In this document: piece after piece, positions 28,603 to 36,614 of the stretch
Numbering within the stretch: position 1 is the stretch's first letter
How the letters are laid out: every line of letters begins with the position of its first letter
NCBI GenBank assembly: GCA_965242705.1
Contig: OZ251486.1
Location: 3,151,806-3,215,805 of the forward strand
DNA length: 64,000 bases
Source of the DNA: Bryobacterales bacterium
Lineage (GTDB): Bacteria; Acidobacteriota; Terriglobia; Bryobacterales; UBA6623
Reading direction: 5' to 3'
The notes under the pieces: generated by a model
Database searches by the model: none
Told to the model about the DNA's origin: nothing
What the model saw: only the letters and a program-made list of their open reading frames with translations
Program-made: the position numbers and the translations under genes

Positions 28603-30593
28603 CTGCCGCGCAGGCCGGAAAGACTGCCGCGCAGCCGGAGGCCAAGCCGGAGCGCGGCGCCTTTGGCGTCAGGGAAATCGCCACAGCGATGCGGATCAGC
28701 AGGCAGGCCGTGCAGCAGCGCGCCGCGCGTCGGGGTTGGCCCTGGTTCGAGAGCGGCGCGCGCGGCGCGAAGCGCCGTTTGTACCGTTTCGCCGACCTTC
28801 CCGCCGACGTTCGCCAAGCGCTTTCCCGCTCCGACTCGGGCGATTCGAACCCATCCGCGGCATGCGGCGCGCAGCCGGAGGCCGGCTCGGCTTACGACCG
28901 GGAATCCCTGTGGAACTCCTATGCCCGCCGCCCGGACAAGGCCAAAGCCGAGGCGCATCGCCGCTGCGCGCTGCTGTTGCGGGTAGAGGCTCTGACGGAG
29001 GCCGGGCAGCCGTTGATTCAGGCGCTGCGCTCCGTTGCCGAGGCGGATGGGAAAACGAGTTGGCAGACGCTGCGCCGCTGGCGCTATGCCGCGCGCCCCT
29101 ACGCCCGCGCCGACTGGCTGCCCGCGCTGCTGCCCAACTACCGCGGCCGCGGCAAGGCGCCGCTCGACCCGCGCGTCTGGGACTACGTCCGCGCCGACTA
29201 TCTGCGGCCCGAGCGGCCTACTCTGGCGGCCTGCTACGACCGTCTGCTCGAAGCCGCCCGCAAGCACGGTTGGGCCGTGCCTTCGCTGCGCACCGTTGCG
29301 CGGCGCATCCACGACCTTCCGGTTGAAGAGCGCGTGCTGCTGCGCGAAGGCGAGCATGCCCTGTTGCGGCTCTATCCGGCGCAGCAGCGCAGCGTGCGCG
29401 GTCTGCGCGCGGGCGAGTGGGTATGCGGCGACGGCTACCGCCACAATGTTTTCGTGCGCGGCGGCGGCCGCGTTTTCCGTCCCGTCACCTGGATTTGGGC
29501 GGATGTGTATTCCCGGCGCATCCTGGCTTGGCGGACGGGCGAAACCGAGCACGGCGATCTGGTGCGGCTGGCTTTCGGCGATCTGATCGGCCGTTACGGC
29601 ATTCCTTCGGCGGCGGTCATCGACAACACCCGCGCCGCGGCCAACAAGTGGCTTACCGGCGGCGCCCCGATGCGCCGGCGCTGGCGGCCGCGCGAGGACG
29701 ACCCGCTCGGCCTGCTGCCCGCGATGGGCGTCGCCGTCCACTGGACCAGCGTCGAGGCCGGGCGCGGCTGGGGGCAGGCCAAGCCCGTCGAGCGCGCTTT
29801 CGGCGTCGGCGGACTGGGCGAGACGGTGGACCGGCACCCCCTGCTGGCCGGAGCCTACGCCGGAGCGTCCGCCGCCGCCAAGCCGGCGAATTACGGCGAA
29901 CGCGCGGTTTCGCAGAAGGATTTTCGCCGCGCTTTGGACGACGGCATCCGCGTCTGGAACGCGCGCCCCGGCCGGCGCACCGAGATTTGCGCCGGACTGC
30001 TCAGTTTCGATCGGGCCTGGCGGGAATCGTACCGTCCGGACGATGTTCGCCGCCCGACTGCCGAGCAGATGCGCATGTGCATGCTGGCTGCCGAGGATGC
30101 GCGCGTCGGCCGGAGCGGAACGATTGCGCTCTCCGCGGGCGCGGCCGCTGCGGGAGGCGGGCGCAACCGCTACGGCGCCGACTTTCTTTTGCAATATGCC
30201 GGGCGCCGGGTCGTGGTGCGCTACGACCCGGCGCGGCTGCACGACGAGGTTCACGTTTATACGCTCGACGGCCGCTATTTGTGCGCCGCCGAATGCATAC
30301 GGGCCGCAGGCTTCGGCGACGCGGACGCCGGACGCGAGCACACCCGGACCCGCCGCCGCAAGGCGCGCGCCGTGAAGGAAATCGCCTCTGCCGAACAGCG
30401 CCTCGGCGCCTTGGAAGCGGCGGCGATGCTGCCCGCGGGCGCGCCGCCGGCAATGCCGCCCGGCGTGATCGAAATGGATTTCGCCCGTCGCCCGCCGCGG
30501 TCTGCCGCGGCGGCGGCAGGGGAGGAAGAACGGGACTGGTCGGCCGCCGCGGACGACCTGATCCTGGCGATGGCCCGCGGAGCGGGACTGTGA
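28599..30593 (+). CDS. Mu-like DDE transposase (MuA family)
   Basis: ATG at 28599. The N-terminal Mu-type DNA-binding region reads REIATAMRISRQAVQQRAARRGWPW..YRFADLP. The rve-like core reads EWVCGDGYRHNVFV..WIWADVYSRRILAWR..VIDNTRAAANKW. Confidence 0.85.
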   Translation: MTAAQAGKTAAQPEAKPERGAFGVREIATAMRISRQAVQQRAARRGWPWFESGARGAKRRLYRFADLPADVRQALSRSDSGDSNPSAACGAQPEAGSAYDRESLWNSYARRPDKAKAEAHRRCALLLRVEALTEAGQPLIQALRSVAEADGKTSWQTLRRWRYAARPYARADWLPALLPNYRGRGKAPLDPRVWDYVRADYLRPERPTLAACYDRLLEAARKHGWAVPSLRTVARRIHDLPVEERVLLREGEHALLRLYPAQQRSVRGLRAGEWVCGDGYRHNVFVRGGGRVFRPVTWIWADVYSRRILAWRTGETEHGDLVRLAFGDLIGRYGIPSAAVIDNTRAAANKWLTGGAPMRRRWRPREDDPLGLLPAMGVAVHWTSVEAGRGWGQAKPVERAFGVGGLGETVDRHPLLAGAYAGASAAAKPANYGERAVSQKDFRRALDDGIRVWNARPGRRTEICAGLLSFDRAWRESYRPDDVRRPTAEQMRMCMLAAEDARVGRSGTIALSAGAAAAGGGRNRYGADFLLQYAGRRVVVRYDPARLHDEVHVYTLDGRYLCAAECIRAAGFGDADAGREHTRTRRRKARAVKEIASAEQRLGALEAAAMLPAGAPPAMPPGVIEMDFARRPPRSAAAAAGEEERDWSAAADDLILAMARGAGL

Positions 30594-30643
30594 CAACCGC
30601 GGCGCCAAACCCCTCGCGTGCGAGGGAGAGATAGGAGTACGGG

Positions 30644-30919
30644 ATGACTGCTTTCAATGCGCAGCCGACCGATTTGCACGGCGATTTTTATAACCGGGGC
30701 GCGCGGCTTGCCGCCCGCGGGGCGCGGCGAGACCGGCCGCGGACCTGGCCCTGGCTGATCGCCGGTCTGATGGCCGGTTACGTCTGGGGACTCGGCTCGC
30801 GGGCGGACATCGTCCGCGAGGACGGCTACAAGGAAGGCGCCGCGGCGGCCTGGGCGGCCTGCGAGTCGCGGCAGACCGCCGCGGTCGGCGGAGGCGCGGG
30901 AATGGGGGCGCGGCGGTGA
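30644..30919 (+). CDS. Hypothetical small membrane protein
   Basis: 91 aa with one TM helix (WPWLIAGLMAGYVWGL). It lies between MuA and MuB and its stop overlaps the MuB start. Confidence 0.4.
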   Translation: MTAFNAQPTDLHGDFYNRGARLAARGARRDRPRTWPWLIAGLMAGYVWGLGSRADIVREDGYKEGAAAAWAACESRQTAAVGGGAGMGARR

Positions 30920-31887
30920 CGGCAACCGACAGCAGCGGCTTGCGCGAGTACGCCCGCGCGGCTCTGGCCGACGACGGCCTTTCCCAGGCCCGCGCCGCGC
31001 AGCAGATTGGCGTATCGGATACAACGCTCAATCAATGGCTGGCGGGCAAGTATCCCGGGCGGACTGCGGCCGTCGAGGCCAAGGTTTCGCGTTGGCTGGA
31101 CGTCCGCGCCGAGCGGTCGACGCTGCCCGCGGCGCTGCCCGAAGCGCCGGCGTGGGTGGAGACGCCGACGGCAAGGCGCATCGCCGCCGCGCTGAGTTGG
31201 GCGCAAATGGCCGCCGACCTGACCGTGGTTTACGGCGGCGCGGGTATGGGCAAAACAGTCTCCGCCCGTTCGTACGCGGCGGGGCGCCCCAACGTCTGGA
31301 TCGCGGTCATGACCCCCGCCGCGCAGTCGCCGGCAGCGTGTCTCGAACGGACGGCGGAGGCTTGCGGCGCGCGGCCGGCGCGGGGCGCGCGGCCTTCCCG
31401 CGCCGCGCAAATTGAGGCCGACCTGATCGAGCGGCTGGAAGGTTCGCGCGGGCTGCTGATCGTCGATGAAGCGCAGCATCTCGGCATCCGCGCCCTGGAA
31501 GGGCTGCGCGGCATTCACGACGCCGCCGGCGTCGGGCTGGCGCTGCTGGGCAACGAAACGGTATATGCGCGCATGACCGGCGGCGCGCGTTCGGCCGAAT
31601 GCGCGCAGCTTTTCAGCCGCATCGGACGCCGGACGCGGCTGGCCCGCGTTGCGGCGGGCGACGTGGAAGCCCTGCTGGCCGCCTGGGGCATCGCGGATTG
31701 CGCGGCCTTGCGCGCCGCGGCGCTGGATATCGCCCGGAGTCCCGGAGCGCTGCGCGGCCTGACCAAAACCTTGCGGTTGGCGGCTCTGCTCGCCGCCGGC
31801 GCGGGCGCCGGCGGCGGAGACCGGGCGGCCGGCGGGATCGAGCTGCGCCATTTGCGCGCCGCAGTCAAAGATTTGACGGGAGTGTGA
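30916..31887 (+). CDS. MuB-like AAA+ DNA transposition ATPase
   Basis: N-terminal HTH (LSQARAAQQIGVSDTTLNQWLAGKY), Walker A (VVYGGAGMGKTV), and Walker B (LLIVDEAQHL). Confidence 0.8.
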   Translation: MTATDSSGLREYARAALADDGLSQARAAQQIGVSDTTLNQWLAGKYPGRTAAVEAKVSRWLDVRAERSTLPAALPEAPAWVETPTARRIAAALSWAQMAADLTVVYGGAGMGKTVSARSYAAGRPNVWIAVMTPAAQSPAACLERTAEACGARPARGARPSRAAQIEADLIERLEGSRGLLIVDEAQHLGIRALEGLRGIHDAAGVGLALLGNETVYARMTGGARSAECAQLFSRIGRRTRLARVAAGDVEALLAAWGIADCAALRAAALDIARSPGALRGLTKTLRLAALLAAGAGAGGGDRAAGGIELRHLRAAVKDLTGV

Positions 31888-32420
31888 CCGTGACCCTGAT
31901 CGACATCGCCGGTCTTTGCCGCGCCTATGCCGCGGCCCGCGAACGTCTGAGCGAAACCGCCGAGCAGATTCGCGCCTTGCAGCGTCAGGCGCTGCGAGTG
32001 CGGCTGCGCGGCCTGCGCAACCGCGCCGCCGAGGTTTCCGCGGCCCGCGACGCCTTGCGCGCGGCCGTCGCCGCGCATCCCGAGTTGTTCGTCCGGCCGC
32101 GAACCCGCGCGCTCGAAGGCGTCAAGGTCGGCTACCGCAAAATGCCCGGCCGCATCGTTTGCGACGAAGCGCGCGCCGTCGCCCGCATCCGCAAGTTGCA
32201 CCCCGAACGCGAGGCCGATCTGGTGCGCGTGCGGGAAAGCCTCGACCGCGCCGCCCTGCGGCGTCTCGATTCCCAAACGCTGGCGTCGATCGGCGTTTCG
32301 ATCGCCGACGTTGAAGACGAAATCGTCATCGCCGCCGCCGGAGCGGATATCGACCGACTGGTGGACGCCATGCTCGACGAGGTGAAGGACGATGACGGGG
32401 GAAAGGAAACGCAGCCGTGA
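31884..32420 (+). CDS. Mu Gam-like host-nuclease inhibitor
   Basis: GTG at 31884 or 31890 inside track ORF 31599..32420. A coiled N-terminus (RERLSETAEQIRALQRQAL) is followed by ..FVRPRTRALEGVKVGYRKMPGRIV.., resembling the Mu Gam family. Confidence 0.65.
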   Translation: MTVTLIDIAGLCRAYAAARERLSETAEQIRALQRQALRVRLRGLRNRAAEVSAARDALRAAVAAHPELFVRPRTRALEGVKVGYRKMPGRIVCDEARAVARIRKLHPEREADLVRVRESLDRAALRRLDSQTLASIGVSIADVEDEIVIAAAGADIDRLVDAMLDEVKDDDGGKETQP

Positions 32421-32884
32421 CGGTCCTTGTTGATCCCTCCGTTGCGCAGGCCGCGCAGTCCCGCGCCCCCGCGGACGCCCGCCGCGGCCCGGAGCCCGGC
32501 CGCGCCGCCGCCGAGCGCCGGCGGCGCGAACTGGCGGCCATCCATATCGCCGTCAAGCGGCTCGGCCTCGACGATGAGAGCTACCGCAAGATGCTCAAAG
32601 GCGCCGCCGGAGTCCGCTCCGCGGCCGACCTCGACGCCGCGGGGCGCGCCGCGGTGCTCGACAGCCTGCGCGGCCGCCCGACGCCCGCGCCGGACAATCG
32701 CCGGATGATCGCCAAAATCCGCGCTCTGCTCGGCCGCCGCCCCGAAGCCTATGCCGAGGCGATCTTGCAGCGGCTCACGGGGCACGATCACCGCGTCCCG
32801 CTCGCCTGGGGCGCGCCTGAACAACTTCGCAAGGTCATCGCGGCGCTCCAATACGACGCAAACCGCAAAAGGAAACGGAAATGA
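32417..32884 (+). CDS. GemA/gp16-like phage regulatory protein (DUF1018-like)
   Basis: RRRELAAIHIAVKRLGLDDESYRKMLKGAAGVRSAADLD..GRAAVLDSL.. is the typical GemA pattern. It sits in the Mu-like position before mor. Confidence 0.72.
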   Translation: MTVLVDPSVAQAAQSRAPADARRGPEPGRAAAERRRRELAAIHIAVKRLGLDDESYRKMLKGAAGVRSAADLDAAGRAAVLDSLRGRPTPAPDNRRMIAKIRALLGRRPEAYAEAILQRLTGHDHRVPLAWGAPEQLRKVIAALQYDANRKRKRK

Positions 32885-33276
32885 CGGCAACGGCATTCGA
32901 TCTCTCGACTCTCAAATCTTCCCCGTCCGCGGTGAGGCGCTTGCCGCCGACGCTGCGCGAAATCCACGATTTGGTCGGCCGGCAGGCAACCCTGGCCCTG
33001 GTCGAACGCTACGGCGGCACGCACGTCCACGTGCCGCGCCGCTGCCGGGACGACCACGCGCTGACCTTGCTGTTGGGGCGCGAGCCCGCCGCGCGGTTCA
33101 TCCATCACTTCGCGGGCATTCGGCTCTATGTGGCCAAGATGGACGCCGTGCTGCGCGCCGCGCGCGACGCCGAAATCCGCAGGCTCTACGACTCGGGGCT
33201 GTCGGCTGCGCGGCTGGCGCAGAAATACGACCTCAGCGAACGGCGCATCTGGTCGATTCTGAAGGGGTGCGATTAG
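32881..33276 (+). CDS. Mor-family transcription activator
   Basis: ..IHDLVGRQATLALVERYGGTHVHVP... and a C-terminal HTH (YDSGLSAARLAQKYDLSERRIWSIL), typical of Mu Mor/C family proteins. Confidence 0.8.
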   Translation: MTATAFDLSTLKSSPSAVRRLPPTLREIHDLVGRQATLALVERYGGTHVHVPRRCRDDHALTLLLGREPAARFIHHFAGIRLYVAKMDAVLRAARDAEIRRLYDSGLSAARLAQKYDLSERRIWSILKGCD

Positions 33277-33319
33277 GGCCGCGCGGCAGCCGCAAGCGGC
33301 AAATCAGCGGGCCGGCGGG

Positions 33320-33408
33320 TTTCCTTCCGCGCGCGCATGGGAATCGCGCCGAGACCGCCTACGGCGTCATGCATTGGCAATTTCCTTCCGCGCGCGCATG
33401 GGAATCGC
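33320..33408. repeat. Perfect 28-bp direct repeat x2 separated by a 33-bp unique spacer (CRISPR-like mini-array candidate)
   Basis: TTTCCTTCCGCGCGCGCATGGGAATCGC occurs at 33320-33347 and 33381-33408 (61-bp period). It has an internal palindrome (TTCC..GCGCGCGC..GGAA). The reverse complement ends in GGAAGGAAA(C/T), like the GAAAC 3' end of many CRISPR repeats. No cas genes are present in the window. Confidence 0.9.
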
Positions 33409-33453
33409 TTTCCGGCTGATGCAACGCGGCTGCGCTATACTGATTGCGCCGCC

Positions 33454-33885
33454 ATGCCGCCTGCCGCCAATCCCGAATTGGCCGACCCCGTTGAGAACCA
33501 GGGCCGCGTATTGCCCAACAATGCCGGGCCGAACAACACCGGGGCAGCCGCCCGCGGCAGTTGGCTGAGCAATGAGATTTTGACCATGCTCAGCGTCGGC
33601 ATCGCCTTGGCCATGCTGCTGGTCATGCTCTTCAGCTTTACGAACAATCGCATCGACCGCTTGGAAATCAGGCTCGATACCAGAATCGACAGGCTCGACG
33701 ACAAGATCGACAAGCTCGACGCCAAGTTCGATGCCAAGTTCGACAAGCTCGACGCCAAGTTCGACGCCAAATTCGACGCCAAATTCGATGTGCTCGACGC
33801 CAAATTCGACGCCTTGCTGCTCGAATTGACTCGCCGCAACGCGATTTCCGCGGGAGGAGCGGAGCGGGCCGCCAAGCCCCAATAG
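33454..33885 (+). CDS. Membrane-anchored coiled-coil protein with (A/K)KFD / KLD tetrapeptide repeats
   Basis: ATG 33454 inside track ORF 33337..33885. It has a TM helix (MLSVGIALAMLLVMLF), then RIDRLEIRLDTRIDRLDDKIDKLDAKFDAKFDKLDAKFDAKFDAKFDVLDAKFD. The region is AT-richer than its surroundings. The start is uncertain. Confidence 0.5.
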   Translation: MPPAANPELADPVENQGRVLPNNAGPNNTGAAARGSWLSNEILTMLSVGIALAMLLVMLFSFTNNRIDRLEIRLDTRIDRLDDKIDKLDAKFDAKFDKLDAKFDAKFDAKFDVLDAKFDALLLELTRRNAISAGGAERAAKPQ

Positions 33886-33895
33886 GCGGCTGAAT

Positions 33896-33958
33896 GCCGC
33901 GCCTGACGGCGCGGCAGGGGTTAGAGGTTAGGGGTTGGGGGTTAGGGAAGAAGGGGGG
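33896..33958. repeat. Dispersed intergenic element, copy E3 (hairpin plus G-rich telomere-like tract)
   Basis: GCCGCGCC-TGAC-GGCGCGGC (33896-33915) followed by AGGGGTTAGAGGTTAGGGGTTGGGGGTTAGGGAAGAAGGGGGG. It lies between convergent genes. Confidence 0.88.
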
Positions 33959-34019
33959 CGTCGTTGAGAACCGGCGCGTTCGAAGCGCCCGGCGCCGCCG
34001 TGACGGAGGGAAACAGGGT

Positions 34020-34046
34020 GTAGTCGGCGGCTTTACCGCCGACTAC
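34020..34046. terminator. Strong perfect hairpin between convergent genes
   Basis: GTAGTCGGCGG-CTTTA-CCGCCGACTAC, an 11-bp perfect stem with a 5-nt loop, about 45 nt downstream of the minus-strand amidohydrolase stop. There is no long U-tract on either side. Confidence 0.45.
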
Positions 34047-34090
34047 AGTGGCGAGTGAAGAATGAAAAATCCATCCGCGCTATTCATTCT

Positions 34091-35470
34091 CTACAGGCGC
34101 GCCAAGCTTCCGCCGATGAATACGGCATGAATCTCGCGCAGGTTGCGGATGTCTTCGGCGGGATTGGCGTTGAGCATGATGAAGTCGGCGCGCTTTCCCG
34201 GGGAAACGCCGCCGCGGTCTTCGGCGGCGCCCAGCGCCGCGGCGGCGTTGGTCGAGAACGCGCGAACGATCTCGAGCGGGGGGACGCCCGCCTCTTGCAT
34301 CGACTGCGCCTCGCGGTGGGCGAAGTAGCCCTCGAAGCGCTCCGCCGCGCCCGCGCCCGTAGCCAAGCCGATGCGCGCGCCGGCCGCGGCAATTGCTTTC
34401 AGGTTGCGCTTGGCCTGTTCGAAAGCGAAGATGCGCCGCGAGCGGTCGGGGTCGAGAGCCTGACGCATCAGCGTCTCGCCGTTGAGAACCGGCGCGACGC
34501 CGTTGGGAATCGATCGCTTGAAAAAGTTGTCGTAAATCCATTCCGCGCGGTCGCCGTATTCGAAGGCTGAGCGCTCGGCGGCGAGCGCGGCGGCATAGAC
34601 GACCCGGTTTCCGAGCAGCAGGTCGATGAACTCGCGGTCAACGGGGCGGTCAACGACGCTTTGCGTGAGGATGTCCACCCCCGCCGCGGCCAGGCGCTTG
34701 GCGTCTTCGAGGCGCGGCGCCTGCGCGCTGACGGGCAGCCCGCGCGCCTTGGCCCGGCGGATGATTGCTCGATAGACCTCGGGCGGAAGGCCTTTCCCGC
34801 CGCCGCGCCCCATCCACAGGTGGATGAAATCGGCTCCGGAATCGGCCGACCGGGCGGCCGACCGCCGCGCTTCCCGCGCGGAATCGACCTCTTGAAGCGG
34901 ACCGGCGAAACCGTCGGCGCGGCGCGGGCGGGCGCCTTTCGCGGCGAGTGTTCCGATCGCCGTCAGGACCCGCGCGGCGCCGGGGATTTCATCGGCGTCG
35001 ATCCGCGCGCGGATCGCGGCGAGAAACTCCGCGCCGTCCCCCGATCCGGCGATGGTGGTCACGCCGAACGAAGCATAAACTCCGAGTTGGCGCAAGGCGT
35101 CTTCGCGCGTACAGCAGCCGCGCAGCGGCGGCAATGCGCTCGGCAGGCCGACGTGGGCGCGGAGATCGACGATGCCGGGAACGACGGTTTTGCCCGTTGC
35201 GTCGATAATTTCCGCGCCTGACGGCGCGCGCGCGGCGCCGGAACGCCCGACGCTTGCGATGCGTCCGCCCTCGACGACGATCGCCGCGTCCGCGCGGGGC
35301 GGGGCGCCGCTGCCGTCGATCAGCAGCGCGTGTTCGATCAACAGCGCGTCTTGCCCGAGCGCCGGCAGTGAGGCGAGCAGGCAAAAGAGCAGCCGGCGAC
35401 GGGCGGCTCGATGCCGCCCGGGGGCCGGCGGGCGTTGCCCGCCGTCCGATTGCGCATGCGCCGGCGGCAC
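34091..35470 (-). CDS. Secreted metal-dependent amidohydrolase
   Basis: I place the start at GTG 35470, overlapping the upstream stop (TAGTG). Signal RRRLLFCLLASLPALGQ, then LLIEHALLIDGSG...IVVEGGRIASVG...ATGKTVVPGIVDLRAHVG, and a C-terminal ..PGKRADFIMLNANP. This is the classic amidohydrolase layout. Confidence 0.82.
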   Translation of the reverse strand: MPPAHAQSDGGQRPPAPGRHRAARRRLLFCLLASLPALGQDALLIEHALLIDGSGAPPRADAAIVVEGGRIASVGRSGAARAPSGAEIIDATGKTVVPGIVDLRAHVGLPSALPPLRGCCTREDALRQLGVYASFGVTTIAGSGDGAEFLAAIRARIDADEIPGAARVLTAIGTLAAKGARPRRADGFAGPLQEVDSAREARRSAARSADSGADFIHLWMGRGGGKGLPPEVYRAIIRRAKARGLPVSAQAPRLEDAKRLAAAGVDILTQSVVDRPVDREFIDLLLGNRVVYAAALAAERSAFEYGDRAEWIYDNFFKRSIPNGVAPVLNGETLMRQALDPDRSRRIFAFEQAKRNLKAIAAAGARIGLATGAGAAERFEGYFAHREAQSMQEAGVPPLEIVRAFSTNAAAALGAAEDRGGVSPGKRADFIMLNANPAEDIRNLREIHAVFIGGSLARL

Positions 35471-36522
35471 TACGGGAGCGTCGGCTCTTCGATCGTGTAC
35501 TCGACGTCGAGCGCCTTGAGGAAGGCCATCAGATCTGCTTTCTCGTCGTCGCTCAGATTGGCGTTCTTGGCGTCGGCCAGATTTTCCTCGTCGAGGTACT
35601 CGTTGGGCTTGCCGCCGCTGGTCATCAAATCGACGGCCTCTTCCAGCGTGGCCGCGCTGCCGTCGTGAAAGTAGGGCGCCGATTTGGAGACGTCGTAGAG
35701 GCTCGGCGTCTTGAACGCCCCGGTGTCTTTCTCGTCTTCGGAAATCTTGGCCCGGCCGACGTCGGGGTTTTCGGCGTCCATGCCGATGCCGACGTTGTGG
35801 AACTGCATGTCCGCGAGCAACAGCCCGTCGTGGCAGTTGGTGCATTTCGCCTTTTCCGAAAAGATCGTCCAGCCGCGGCGCTCCTGTTCGTTCAGGGCGT
35901 CCTCCTGCCCGTTGCGGAAGGCGACGAAGCGGGAGTTTTCCGTGGTCGTGACGATGGTGCGCATGAAGGCCGCGACCGCGTAGGCCGCGCGGTCGGGCGA
36001 CGGCGGCCCGCCGAAAACCGCCTCGAACTGCTCGGCATAGCCGGGAATCTCGTTCAACTTGGCGCAGACTTCATCCATCGACGGCGCGCCGTCGTTGCCG
36101 GAGGCGCCCATGTTGCCGCCGCTCCAGGCTCCCTTGACCTGTTTTTCAAGCGCGCCGGAACGCCCGTCCCAGTAGAGCGACTCGTAGTAGCCGACGTTCC
36201 ACATGGTCGGGGCGGCGCGGGTCAATGGCTTGTCGAACGCGCCCAGAGCGGTGGCGCGCCCGTCGGTCAGTCCGTGCTCTTTCAGATGGCAGCCGTAGCA
36301 CGACCGATTGCCGTCGCCACTGAGGCGCTTGTCGTAGTAAAGCTGCTTGCCGAGCTCGACCTTGGCCGCGGTCATTTCGTTGTCGGCGGGGATCTCCATC
36401 ATCGCGTAGCCGGCCACTTCGGGCCAGGACGCGGGTTCGGGTTCCGGGGTTTCGACCGGCCCTCCGCAAGCGGACAGCATCCAGGCCAGGGCGGTCAGAG
36501 CCGTGAAAGTCATTCGCAACAT
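35470..36522 (-). CDS. Di-heme cytochrome c peroxidase (CCP/MauG family), lipoprotein
   Basis: ATG at 36522 with AGGAGG 9 nt upstream. Lipobox (WMLSACGG). Two CxxCH motifs (CYGCHL, CTNCHD). Confidence 0.9.
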   Translation of the reverse strand: MLRMTFTALTALAWMLSACGGPVETPEPEPASWPEVAGYAMMEIPADNEMTAAKVELGKQLYYDKRLSGDGNRSCYGCHLKEHGLTDGRATALGAFDKPLTRAAPTMWNVGYYESLYWDGRSGALEKQVKGAWSGGNMGASGNDGAPSMDEVCAKLNEIPGYAEQFEAVFGGPPSPDRAAYAVAAFMRTIVTTTENSRFVAFRNGQEDALNEQERRGWTIFSEKAKCTNCHDGLLLADMQFHNVGIGMDAENPDVGRAKISEDEKDTGAFKTPSLYDVSKSAPYFHDGSAATLEEAVDLMTSGGKPNEYLDEENLADAKNANLSDDEKADLMAFLKALDVEYTIEEPTLP

Positions 36523-36614
36523 CTTGTGCTTCCTCCTGAAGGTGGACTCGATCGGCGCGGGCCGCGCCTCCGCGCCCGGCGTCCGTTCAGGCATTATAAC
36601 CGCAATTCCGCGGA

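Larger units (their letters stand above)
26497..33276. mobile_element. Degenerate Mu-like transposable prophage: two orphan tail genes plus a complete-looking early/middle region, with no head, tail or lysis genes
   Basis: Gene order: GPW/gp25-like and Mu gp37-like (minus strand); S24 repressor (minus strand); then on the plus strand a small ORF, MuA-like DDE transposase, a small ORF, MuB-like ATPase, Gam-like, GemA-like and Mor-like. It is inserted downstream of dnaJ. The ends were not identified. Confidence 0.75.

Noticed and set aside
33438-33465. Possible third, degenerate copy of the 28-bp CRISPR-like repeat (TTGCGCCGCCATGCCG..).
   Set aside because: Only patchy identity around the CATG core. 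The spacing is off (about 56 bp instead of 61), and it overlaps the likely ATG 33454 of the next gene.
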